This document shows, in pieces, positions 50,528 to 63,287 of a stretch of 64,000 bases of DNA (the stretch's first letter is position 1; each line of letters begins with the position of its first letter). Both the position numbers and the translations under genes were made by a program. Source of the stretch: Lingula anatina (taxonomy: Eukaryota; Animalia; Brachiopoda); assembly GCA_051362555.1 (NCBI GenBank), contig CM120645.1, positions 11,718,001 to 11,782,000 on the forward strand, written 5' to 3'. Below the pieces are notes generated by a model. The model was given only the letters and a program-made list of their open reading frames with translations. It searched no databases and was not told the origin of the DNA.

Positions 50528-52627
50528 ATTGTTAGCATTTTATTATTAGTTCAGTCATTCACAGAAACAAGGCATTTTTCACACTTATGTATTTATGATA
50601 TCCAATGTAAAATTACAATAATTCAGTTCATGAATTGATCTTCATTTCTGCAACCGTTTGCTTAAACATGTAGGAAAAGTGCACATTTTGTACGAATAAA
50701 AGTAAACATTGCAAAACATTGTTGACATTATGTTTCACAATTCAATGACAAATTATTAGGGAGCCATTTCCTTTCAGTTGATAACACTGATGTGAAAAAT
50801 ATTTACTTATAATGATGCAATGCAACATGTACATCGATTGCATGAGCATGTGAAGCTGAATTAAGTCACCATAATTTGAGAAACCTATTTAGTATATTTT
50901 AAATCTATATCTAGTGAAATGATTGATTGAAGACTCATGATTGATGTGTGCTGTGTGCAATAATTGTGTATGGGTATGTACATTCCTAGGAACGCTAGAC
51001 CTAGGACTTACGTTCCCAGGACTTAGTGTCCGGTCGGACTTGCGTTACTAGGACTACCATTCTGTTCACACCGACATTAACTTAGAACATTTCGATTCGA
51101 TTCGATTTGAGCAGCTGGTAACGAGCAAATATAAACAGTCTTGCCTAGAGCCACGAACAAAATCATATACGTGTGTGCCTATTACCATAAATGGACAAGA
51201 AAAGAAAACAAATGATTCGATTAACAAATTTGGTAGAAAAAGCAATGTGTCGGACATGATGATCAACTGTGTGCCAGTGTTTTCAATAGGATACTAATTT
51301 TTGCTACTTTTGTCAAACTGTCGGACCTTGGGACTTATTCATTGGGACCTCTCCCTTCGCAAACTGTTGTTTTTTTTCTTTTAAAAGTATATGAATGCTG
51401 ACTGTAGTTACGATGTACCTTGATTATTACCTCTAATTATTACAATATATGATTTGGTTACTGGTTCGAGTGCCAGGCATATTTACCACTTACATAAATA
51501 ATTTACATTAGAGAATGTAGTATTTTATATATGAGCACTGGAATGAAATAATTATTTTGTTTTGTCGCAATTCGCACGTTATACGTTGTTTTGTTAGTGT
51601 GGAGGGGGATGAAGAGGTATCCCTGTATGTGTGTGTGTGTGGGGGGGGGGGGGGTCACTGGCCCACTTTGTCACCTCCTTGTCTCCGCAGCTGAGGGGTA
51701 CCCCGATGTTCAGTATAATCCTCTGCAACGAATCAATTTTGTTCAGTGAACGCAAGCGTACGACTTAGGGTTTATGAAAAGTATCTCATTACAAAAAATC
51801 AGTTTAAATTGAAAAATATATCCGTATGGTGTACATTCAAACAATCTCCTGTCTATACGCTGGGCAGTCAGGCCAGGAATATGGTGAGGTCCCATACTAC
51901 TATGTAGGCTCACCTAGTAGCAAAATAAGATCCGTTTATTTTTATTTGAACACCATTATCTGATAGATAATGGCCGTGCATTCCATAGAAAAATCATACG
52001 CCATTTGCAATCTAATGAAGGATTAATAAAATTGTTTTAGGTTTCAACATGTATCTTATAATACCAAAAGACAACCTTTCTCATTAAAGAAAATAGAAAG
52101 AAAAGGAAAAGTGACGGCATTGTATTTTACCAATCTGTCCATTTCTGTACCAATTAAGGTAGAAATAAAAGCCTTATTTTCCGGAATTCTGGCAAATCGA
52201 CCAGGAGCTCTATCGCAATGTTTGAGTACGAAGAATTGCGTATATAAACGTGCCCAAATGCGATTACAACAGGGATGCATTGCTACAGAGGTACTGATTA
52301 TGTTTGTGTTAAAACAGAACTCATACATGAAGTTAAGATTTTTCCTTCTTGATTCTTAATTCGGCAGAGTGGTAAATTTGATTGAGTTCTGGATTCAATT
52401 TTGATATACGGTGGATGGCCAGTTAATAAGCAGGAATGGCGACTAATGAATATTGTATATTAATGCTCTCCGTGACACTGTCATGATCACCTACAAACTC
52501 ACTTGTGTCCTGCATGTTTACATGTAGCAAGCTTTCAATATTCATCTGTTGAACAGTGCTGTATCAGTGCATAATGATTCCAATCTATTGGATTTGGCAT
52601 GATTATTTGTAAATGCTGTTTGATTAA

Positions 52628-52799
52628 CAAGCCCGTAGCCGGGGAGGGGGGGGGGTCGGGGGTTCGAAAGAACCGCCCCTTTTGCTGGGAAAAGGTCCAC
52701 TCTGGGTAAAAATTGAACTAGGTATATTATGTTTTTATGGGAAAAGCTCCACTTTTTCAGAAAAAGAACCCCCTTTTGAAATTGCTGGCTACGGGCCTG
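52628..52799. mobile_element. 172-bp MITE
   Basis: CAAGCCCGTAGCC ... GGCTACGGGCCTG, flanked by ATTAA on both sides. Confidence 0.7.
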
Positions 52800-54446
52800 A
52801 TTAAAGTTAATTCTTACCTCTCACAAATACATGTATATACTGTACATACATGTATATACTGACTTGACAGGCGAACCAATATTTGCATGTACAAACCTAG
52901 TGATCTTATGTGACAGTGAGGATGTAAGCTGTATTTAGTATTAGGGTTTTTGTTTCAATATTTGAAATGCAAGTACTTTTTCTCGTAGTGCACGTCAAGT
53001 AATTCACCGCCACCCTCTCGTGACATATTCCCTGAACACCTTTCACGGACATTCGAGGTGTTCTGGCATATATCGCTCAGGTGATTGTGTATAATCTCAA
53101 ACTTACTTCACCGACCTTTTCACCTTTCGGATCCCCCAGTTGGACAAACTTGATTTAAGTTAATTGTCTGTTTAAAACAATCCTCTCCCATCCAAAAGAC
53201 TGCATAATTTGGCATTTAAAAGACGGTTTTCTGTATTGTAATCATTTTGACTGAAGTAAGTTGTCATGTTTAGCTATCACAAGTCACAGCATGTCTCTTT
53301 TACCTCTACTCGTACTACATACTTACCCGGTGCATCTGATTTATTCATATTATTTATTCATTAGAACGTTTATTTTTCATTTACACACCCTTTGCCTACC
53401 CCCTACCAGGGTCATAGATTATTTTCACTAGATATTAACATATGTAGATGTGTATCTGGTTAATTTATGAAGTTTTTCCTCCAAGCGGAATTGAAAAGAG
53501 CACATAATTAATCTGAGGCCCTGGTAGAGGGTGCAGTTTTGCCTTAATATTCCATATTTGAACCCATAACATAGTGCATGTCACATGGCCGGGGTAACGC
53601 ACCTGTTCTCTCCCACAAGAGAGTTCATAGCACAGGAACCTCTTGAACGAAGCTCCGGTTACTTATACTGCGCAGGCACTGGTAGTTTTCCAATGATCTT
53701 TCATCATGTAAGTGAAAATGTCGCACTCTTCAGCTCGTAACTTTTTACATACAAGGCTGTGGTTACGGGCAATCATTAGAAAGGGAAGTCAAAGTCTTAT
53801 AAAAACGGAAAGAATTCTATGAACAGTGTTTAAAAGAGTGTCCTGTGTCCCGTTACCCACGTCACTGTAATAAACGCAGTTGCATTATTTTAACAGGACG
53901 GGTGACAACATTTTCTGAAAAATTTATCACAAAATGTACTTATTTTTGATAAAAATGAAGATTCGCAGAAAAATAAACCATGCATTAACGCAATTGTACA
54001 AATATAATATGTCTACGAGTTCGATGCGTCTTTTAGAGACAACAGCTGCGCATTTAGGTGTGTTTTTGCAGTTAAAGAATAGCTCTAGCATTATCTGAAC
54101 ATCATACAAAAATATCACCTAGTCTGACGTAAAACACTGCGCAACACCTTATACCATATAGTGTAACTGTCGGTAATAAAACAAGTGCAAATGGGCTCAT
54201 TTTTATGCCCCTTGTCACTCTCTAGAAACCTATTTACAGGTACAATGTTCGTACAAACAGTAGAAAGCAAACGCGTAATTTTTCCCTAGTCAAAATATCG
54301 TGATTTGTATCCTCGATTAGCTTTCCTGGAGTGATAAAAATGCAATCGTACTGAAAGACAATCTGGGTTTTCAAATGTTTTGAATGATAACGGAATTTTT
54401 CTTTATAGTGAATTATTAACATTTCCTTTTATATTTTGGCATTCAG

Positions 54447-54539
54447 GTCATTAAAACTACAGATACAAAGGTTTAATCCTCGTCGCTCTGTTCACAAATG
54501 TAGTAGCTAAACCAGCCGAGAAGACAACCCAGCGTCTTG
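54447..54539 (+). pseudogene. Decayed signal-peptide exon of a third prepropeptide paralog
   Basis: Reads KGLILVALFTNVVAKPAEKTTQRL versus MKVLILVALVAVATAKPAENSIQRL. No ATG; donor is G|ATAAGC instead of G|GTAAGT; no second exon found. Confidence 0.75.
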
Positions 54540-56974
54540 ATAAGCAGGCAAAGTCTTAAAGTCGTCTCTAAATATTATCACCATGGTTACTCTCTAAGTA
54601 TTATTCAGTCAGACACAGGCTTCAAATGAATTTTGAAAATGTGTGTTCGAGACCTTTTGCTACAGATCGCCTTCCGGCCCTATGCGACTGAAATCATCGT
54701 TATGATACGTTTTCCGCTCTGGTTTAGGGGCCTTTTAAAGAAAAAAAAACTTGATTGCCGTTAACTTATTAAAGCTAACAGGTATTCTGCATAAAACAAG
54801 TGCTGCTAAAAACCAAAAGGGTTAAATTATCAACCGTCAAAAGTCTGTGTTGTGTCGTCCTAAAATTATAAACGAATGTCTGTTTTGATCCTATATATAA
54901 CAACGCACAGCCAAAACAAAGTTGTATTCGTTTATAGAAATTTGAATAAGCATGACCCAAGATCGTGCAATGCCACATTTCAACTCTCGTAGACACGAAG
55001 TCGTGAAGAAGGGATTGGGTCAGTTCTGGTCCCTAAAGTTGAGGCAATCCTACGCATGTGATACCAACAGGTGTAAAAGAGATAGGAGACACGATTTGGC
55101 ACCGGCGGTGAGGGTAATATCTAGATTACCGCCGGCTACATCACGTTGTAAGCTATGTGAGTTGCGCCTGACCTCAGTGCATATTGTCCCTTACCACCGT
55201 CAGTTTTTCTTATCATCAACGCTCGCTTAAAAGGTGCAAAATAATCCTCGTGGTATTCTTTAAGGGTGTACATGCATGAAGTGGGACTTCAATCAATTTC
55301 ATCATTATCGCTTATATTTGTTATATATTTCTACCGTCATTCATTAATTTGAATGATAAAACTTTGTTATATTGGTCTCAATTAACAAACCTGGGTATGA
55401 ATAAAATTGTGCGTAAACATATTTCAGTTACCCTGTGTCAGAGCACTGGCAAGCTAGCGTGCTCACTATATTTTCCAATGTGTTATGTAGCTTTAAAGTG
55501 CTGAAATGGGTTATATATGAAATGATGACCGAGCTGGCAATACCGAAATAGAACCTTGGATAATTTCAGCATGAATGAAACAAATTAATAACAAAATCAC
55601 GTCTTTTTCTAACTTCAAGACACTCGCTAAATATGACGTCACGACACGAAGTAGTTGTGCCTGCGTGCTCATCGCTGTTCACACCCTGAGAAACCATTTC
55701 TCTGAGAAAGTATTGCCCATTGATTAAATAAAGAAATATGGAACGTGTAAATCACTTTGCGTATCTATTTTGTCCAAACTTGATAAATGCTTAAGAAATT
55801 TGCAAGAATCCGCACAACTTTTGCCCTAGCATCGCCCGCCACAACATTAGCGAAGGTAGAAATGGGTGCATATTTCTACTGCTATCTACAGACCTAAATT
55901 CACTTCTAAAGGGCGATTTAAATTATTGTGGTGGATAAATGCAGTAACCCTTAATGGTTTTGCCGTTTTGTGTATTCATTTAAATATAGTAACAACGCCA
56001 AAATTTGAAAAATGACTAATGGTCTGACAGAACTGAAACAAAATAAAAGCTCATAAAGTCTTTAAAAAAGCATTAAGAACAATATGAAAACAAAGATTGA
56101 AAAAGGCCTTTAAGAATAATGATGCACGATCCATATTTTTAACCAAGCCATGCCAATGTTGTCTTAGGGACTGTATAGTTTATCTTATGTTGACAAAGGA
56201 GAGAAATTATCAGCAATGTGACAAATCTGAAAGCCAAGGCGTGGTTTTTTACCCTACGTAAATTACGCTAATGAATTATTTGAACCTTGAAATTTCTAAC
56301 CCAAAATATTAAGTAATTCAAAAGAGGATTCCTGCCAATCAATACATAGATACAATTATAATAATAATGATAATAATATTTATACAGCTTTTAATGCCTT
56401 TTGTAACCATTTCAGCTGCTCAACCGATTTCAATTCTACTGAACGTTTACTAAACAAAAAGTAAATGGATAACGAAATAAGATAGATAAATAATTATTAG
56501 AAAACAACTTAATAACTATTCGTAATAAAAGGCCTCCTATTCAAATAGACAATAAAAAGGAAGTAAAAACGTAAATCACGAACATGTCTGAAACAGATGG
56601 TATTACATAATATTCAGCGCTCCCTGTCTGGAAGCTAAATCGCCTATTACATAACCCAAATGGATATGCATATATATTCTGCTGTTTGACTGTGCAATCA
56701 ACTATTCAAAATTTGAAACTTTAAGTTTAACGTCTGCAGGTAGGTAAAAATCAGAACTCGACTGAAAAAAGCTACTGATTTCAAAGTCTAGAATGAAATT
56801 GACTAATTTGTCGGAATTGGGATACTTCATAGCATTTCATATTTTGTCTTAACTGACATTAGTCTGTATGACCCGATTCAAATGAAATGCATTGATTGAA
56901 AAACATGAAGTTGCTCAATGAAATACTAATTGTTAATTATTTCCCATCAGGCACATTCTTCACACTATATTACC

Positions 56975-58181
56975 ATGAAGGTTTTGATCCTCGTCGCTTT
57001 GGTTGCCGTGGCAACGGCTAAACCAGCTGAGAACTCCATCCAGCGTCTTGGTAAGTAGACTTAACTTTTTATGTTGGTCTTTGAAATAAAAGAATCGGTT
57101 ATGACAAATGAAGTAAAGTTCCCTTCAGGATTTTTTTTTTTTTTTTTTTTTTTTTTTGTGATCGAAAAAAATAAGATTCTAAATGGTGTCATCAACAGCT
57201 TATATTTCTTATAACTGCCAAACTACAACTCTCCTTTTATTCACTTGGTTTTTGTTACGATAATGCTCCTTTTTTTGAAATCATTTAGAACTATATGCCT
57301 AGGCAGTATTTCAGACCAACTCAGTTTAAACAGAAAGATGTATGATGATGACATTCTTTATAAAATCAAAATATTCCGTTTAATGCATGCTTGATCCTTT
57401 TACAAATGATCTTAGAATTATGAATGGTATAGCCTTTTAGTTTTTAATCTAGACCTTAAAATTGAGAATGAATGCCATAGAACATATCCGAAGTGACAAA
57501 CACAAAAATCTGAGTATTTCGTCTACTCGATTATGAGTTACATGACAGACGAAAAAGCTTAATTTGTTTTTCTAATATTTGGACATTTAATGGTTCTAGA
57601 TTTTGAATTTGAAATCGCAATCGGAAGGAGTCGCTGAAGAAAATCAATGAAAATTTATGTTGATGGAATAGTCTTCTTAAACTTAACATTTCATTATGGA
57701 AAATATCCTTTTATATTTAAAACGATTTGCCATGTTTTTTCTTTACGAATTAATCGTTTCTGACTCCATATACAACCTTGCAATTACCAACACTTTTTTC
57801 TTTCACAAACAATCTGGATTCTACAGTGTATTCTGTAAAGATATGTATTGCTATTTCTTTGCAGCCCGCTCTCTGGCCGAAGACGAGGTGATGAAGAGGA
57901 GTGTCATCAGTGACGTAGTTACTGCCATCTGTACCCCCGTCATCGACTCCGTGATCGGTCTGACAAATGGCGGATGTGCCCTTCTGTCCTCTTCTGCCGA
58001 CAGCACCTGCACACAGCTTGCTGACCAGTACCTTGGCAGCTTCCTGTCTGGTCTGTTCTCCTCCCCTGTTGCTTCCATGTGCTCCAACTTGGCCAAACTC
58101 GCCGTCAACGAGTGCAACAAAGGAACCGTGCAAAACTTCGCCGGCACCGTGTGTGGCCAGCTCGCAAATGTCGTTGGTTAA
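56975..58181 (+). CDS. Secreted cysteine-containing prepropeptide 1; join(56975..57050,57865..58181), 130 aa
   Basis: ACCATG start; signal MKVLILVALVAVATA; phase-1 GT-AG intron; pro-region ending KR; 93-aa mature part with 6 Cys ending in Gly; AATAAA at ~58231. Confidence 0.9.
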
Positions 58182-58613
58182 AATTACTTGTTTATTCGTG
58201 TGAAGCTTTTATTGGTAGTTATGGTGCAAAAATAAAGCTTATTTTTTGAATACAAGTCTTTTCTACTTTTAGTACGATTGACATCAAATAAAGATGTCAG
58301 AGAGAGAGAGAGAGAGAGCAAGAGTGAAAGAGAGAGTGCACAGTTCAAAGACATAATATCCCTTATTTGAAACTGATGTTGAACTTAAAGTAAGCATCCG
58401 GCGTGTGTTCGTTGTTCTGATAAATCTCGATATTAACATTTTCGTTAATGTGCTGTTAATTTAGTAATTTAACCAATTAGTCATTTCATCACTAATAATG
58501 CTTTGACCCTAAAATTGACCTGAACAGTACGCGAGATTAGGAAATCTCGAACCAACGAGGGCAAAATCGTGCCAAGACCAATCCCAGGCGCGTGGACATG
58601 TGCTCTCTGACCC

Positions 58614-58693
58614 TTTAAATAGCCAGCGCTGACGGAATACTGCGCACTTCGGCAGACTCAGTCAAATACGGCGTTCCCCAAAACTTTTCCAAG
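58614..58693 (+). promoter_or_regulatory. Candidate TATA-like box and non-coding first exon of prepropeptide 2
   Basis: TTTAAATA at 58614; donor AAG|GTTTGT at 58694; acceptor TTTTTCAACAG| at 58859, 24 nt before the ATG, paralleling the acceptor at 56950 in gene 1. Confidence 0.45.
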
Positions 58694-58883
58694 GTTTGTC
58701 TGTGCTTTTTATTGTAGTGAATAGTGTGATTATGACAATTTACTGCCTTTAATGATAAGTCTGCCAAAATTCTTATTTTTAAAACAAAAAAAAACTTTTT
58801 TTAATTACAAGGCTGCAAGAATTTCGTGTTCAATCGGCTGTTATATCATTTTTCAACAGGTTTGTTCTGCACATTCCGTTACC

Positions 58884-59693
58884 ATGAAGGTTTTGATCCT
58901 AGTTGCTTTGGTTGCCGTGGCAACGGCTAAACCAGCTGAAAGCTCCATTGATCGTCTTGGTAAGTAGACTCAACGATGACACTCAACGATTTCTCTTGCC
59001 TCATTTAATACTAACTTAAAATAATCTCTAAACAGCCCTTTTAGGTGATGGCTGACGGAAAACTCAGTTTTGGAAGCGTGGGGTCTAAATAAATATTTGA
59101 AAAGTAGTTTCATCAAAATTTTTCTACTTCAATTAACCCACTGTTCTTTGAGTTCCCAAAACAAAAATACAATAATGTTTTGTTTGTTTGTTTCAACATG
59201 TTCTGGCGTTTCTTTGGACTTTATTCTAATTTTCTCTTCCTTATAAATTATTCAGGAATATACATGTTTGTTTTTTTATTCAAACGCAAATCTGATCGTA
59301 GTCTTTGCAAAAATAAATTTAAAAGATAAAAGTATTTTGTGAAATACCATCATGGCTGTATGTACATTTTTCGCAGCCCGCTCTCTGGCCGAAGACGAGG
59401 TGATGAAGAGGAATATCATCAGTGACTTAGTTGCTGCCATCTGTACCCCCGTCATGGACTCCGTGATCGGTCTAACAAATGGCGGATGTGCCCTTCTGTC
59501 CTCTTCTGCCGACAGCACCTGCACACAGCTTGCTGAACAGTACCTTGGCAGCTTCCTGAAAGGTCTAGTCAAGGGCCCTGTTGCAACCATGTGCTCTAAC
59601 TTGGCCCAAATCGCCGTCAACGAGTGCAACAAAGGAACCGTGCAAAATTTCGCCGGCAACGTATGCACCAAACTTGCCAACTTAATTGGCTAA
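58884..59693 (+). CDS. Secreted cysteine-containing prepropeptide 2; join(58884..58959,59377..59693), 130 aa
   Basis: Same exon sizes (76+317 nt), phase and Cys spacing as gene 1; AATAAA at ~59724. Confidence 0.9.
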
Positions 59694-60747
59694 TTGAACT
59701 TCTTGTAAGTTTCCTGTATCAAAAATAAATGCAGGGAAGACAAAGAAAAATAAATTGATGATTTGCAAAACTGTTTGTGTGTCAGCGCGCGCGTGTGTAA
59801 GAGAAATATTTATTTTCTTATCATTTATTATTAGTGATCCGGAAAAAAATGAGAAGCTCCATACACATGATGCTTTAATGCATATGTTAAGGTCAAACAT
59901 GAAAGATATAAAATGTAGCTGGTCCTCTTATGAACATTTTGGTAATTTAAATTCTTATCATTTATTTAATGATCATTTAGACGTTACAGTTTTTGGGATT
60001 TGTCGCAGTACCTACAGGTACCTACCATTTGCAATACGAAAATAATGCATCGCAAGCGTGCTGCAGTTGATCCAACAGAATTTTTATTGCCGTGTATCAA
60101 CGTTGGTCAGCTGGACAATATGATGTTAACCCACCGGTGATAATATATATTAACCGGTGGCAAAACTCAAAATACGTTAAATTGTTCAAATAGCTTTTAT
60201 CGCGTGTCTTTATATAAATTACTTATTTACCTATTGGTGAAAAAATTAAACACAATTTAAGCAAGGTATCGGTCTACGAACCTAATCCGTACGCGTCAAC
60301 TGGCGTTGTGCTTAATGGACAATTAATAGTGCATTTTCCCTGTAAGGAGCAGAACACTTGAAAAAACGGAAAGTATATTTAAACGCCTTTTCAATAGTGA
60401 GCTGAAGCTCAATAAGTCCCATAAACGATATATTAACAATTATTTGGAAAAAAACGGAAGCAGTGCTCACCTTTGTGAAAACCAAAGCATCTTGGTCTAT
60501 ATGTACGCAGCAGTACACCTAAATTTCAGTCTAATTAATCCAACGTTATTCAGTAGACCTCCAATCAAATAATATATTGTCCCAGTTTTTCCAGAAAATA
60601 AATCGATTTGAAGATGACTAAAACACTGGTCTAAAAGTTAAAGGGCTGACAACTCCTCATTTTGGCGGGAAAAATGCCATAAAACGGATTTTGTTGGGGT
60701 AAAGGGCAATTTTCCCGTACTTTTCAATGCTTACTGTTAGTCGATTG

Positions 60748-60749
<2 letters not shown>

Positions 60750-60801
<52 letters not shown>
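60750..60801. repeat. (ATT)n microsatellite
   Basis: Pure trinucleotide run. Confidence 0.95.
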
Positions 60802-60803
<2 letters not shown>

Positions 60804-62190
60804 AAGTGCATTTTTATAAACTCTTAAGAGGTTGTTATAGAGTTTTGTCATCTATGTAGTTTAACGCGGTCCGATGGCAAGCACTGATTCCATAATAATT
60901 GCAAAAGCCACCTTTTCGGTGATAAAACACAGAATTTATTTTATTTCTATGTGCAGTTTATAATGTATTAATTGTGAAATTTTGAACCACAGTGAAAACG
61001 ATTTTAGTGTGCGGGTCTGGGCAGTTATAAGGTGGCCTGTCTGCTTGACCTCTCCGTTATCTCGCTGAACATGAGGGTAAGAAATGCCTTTAGATATCAG
61101 TGACCTCTAAATAAGTATACAAAATTTAAGTACAATAACTTTCTAACAGTCTCCTAGCGGACCCTTTGGCCAGGGTGTAGGTTACAACCCCCCAGAGGTG
61201 CGTCAATCCTATTACCTGAGGGAAACTTTTATCATCTTTGTACATCAATTCATTGTGCACGTGTCAAATCGATGAATTGGTATCGCCCACAAATGACCGT
61301 TTGGTGGTACGGCACGTGAACATTTGTACAAATTCTTCAGAGCCATTGTGTTGTAGATGGCGCCACTATGCTGAATACCTCAAATGTTATTCCTCTGTAT
61401 TCCAGTCAACATGATCACGTGTTGTTATAAATAGGGATCTGTATAAACATATGCTTCCCATTCAATTTAATATAAAGAGTGAAATAAAAATAACAAACTA
61501 CGCCATATTGATGGAAGCTCTTGTCACAAACCACCAAAAAGAAAATTATCGGAAAATAACATTTTATTGCGAGTCTGAGCATCTGGGTTACAAGTGAGTA
61601 TAGAGAAAGAGAGTAAAACAAATTGCCAGACAACTTGTTGACAAAATGACAAAAGTTTATATTTGAGGAAATAGCTCCGTATGGACTACAGGACTCATGC
61701 AAAAAATTGATGAAAGTTAAGGAACATTCCCGTAACTGTATAAACTTCCTTGAACGGCCTGTTGTCTTTAACTATTAAGCAGAATTTTGATTTTCAAATG
61801 TTTTGGTCGTAGCGTGCAATGACTGCTAAAATTTAACCAACAACACTGAGAAAACAATCAGTTGTTAAAATAACTAAAGAATGTCGATCAGGGAGTACGG
61901 GTTTTGAATATATCAAATAAATACACCCTATTAATATTCCAGTGTATCAGATATTAATATAGGGTTGCACTTCCAGATTTCACATTATGTACGACTTTCA
62001 GCGATTTTAAGTAATTACTTCATCAATACACACTGACTTTTTTTCGTCATAACTCTCTCTGGAATTGTAATCCTCCGTGTTTTGCTATATATTACAGGTA
62101 ATCTGTTCATACCTCGATCTGTTGGCATACTAGTCATCAAATTCACTATTTTTATCGGTCAAACCAGCCACTACTACATACATACATATG

Positions 62191-63287
62191 TTTATGTCTC
62201 CTCCATCTCAGTGTACCACAAACTTTTATAGTCTCATTCATAGCAAGAAAGAAGGTAACAAGGAATATTGTTTGTTCGTGATTTGGCCAAACCAGGCCGC
62301 TTTTATTATATAACCCCTCTATCCTAATCGTTTTAACAATAATAACAATGTAGCAAATTGTTGCCTGTATTAAATGTTATGGCCTTAGGGATAAAAATTA
62401 TATATCAAATATTCAATGAGACTCATCATCCTAAAAATTATGATGCGACGAGTCAGCAAAAGTTATTATTTACCAACAATTTTGCACAAATTGAGGCCCC
62501 CTTTGTGGGGTTTTCCTTGCCCAGTGCATTTGGGCACCAGTCAAGGTTATGGCCTCTTTGCAACCCCACAAATGAAATTTGTGCAAAATTGTTGGTAAAT
62601 AATAACTTTTGCTGACTCGTCGCATCATAATTTTTAGGATGATGAGTCTCATTGAATATTTGATATATAATTTTTATCCCTAAGGCCATAACATTTAATA
62701 CAGGCAACAATTTACTACATTGTTATTATTGTTAAAACGATTAGGATAGAGGGGTTATATAATAAAAGCGGCCTGGTTTGGCCAAATCACGAACAAACAA
62801 TATTCCTTGTTACCTTCTTTCTTGCTATGAATGAGACTATAAAAGTTTGTGGTACACTGAGATGGAGGAGACATAAAGGAAAGTTTGGCGTAGTCAAACG
62901 ACATTTTATGGCGACAACAATCTCCAGAGAGCTTATTTAAGCACATGTGCATTCTGCTCATGCTCAATTGTGCCCTAGAGGGGTAATCTCCTTAGAGGCA
63001 CATGTTGCTACTTATACCATGGTAAAATGAAATTTTTTGAACTGAAGATTTCAGTTGCAGATTTGAGATAACTTGTAGCTTAATTGTATCATGCTCGTGA
63101 ACAGAATGAATCAAGCAAAATGAGGCCAGGCAGTGATGCCCCATGGTATAAGTAGCAACATGTGCCTCTAAGGAGATTACCCCTCTAGGGCACAATTGAG
63201 CATGAGCAGAATGCACATGTGCTTAAATAAGCTCTCTGGAGATTGTTGTCGCCATAAAATGTCGTTTGACTACGCCAAACTTTCCTT
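62191..63287. repeat. Two abutting long inverted repeats (A-s-A'-B-t-B'); putative non-autonomous DIRS-like element
   Basis: Arms 62191-62492 / 62576-62877 (302 bp, one mismatch seen at 62354/62714) and 62876-63022 / 63141-63287 (147 bp, no mismatch seen). The repeats are certain; the element class is inference. Confidence 0.8.

Noticed and set aside
57900-58178. Assignment of the mature peptides to saposin-like proteins, defensins or nemertean cytolysins
   Set aside because: No N-terminal CxxC or CSab motif, different Cys spacing and no cationic character; left unassigned.
62358-62710. Paired ORFs with identical N-termini on opposite strands
   Set aside because: Artefact of the palindrome; no recognisable protein features.
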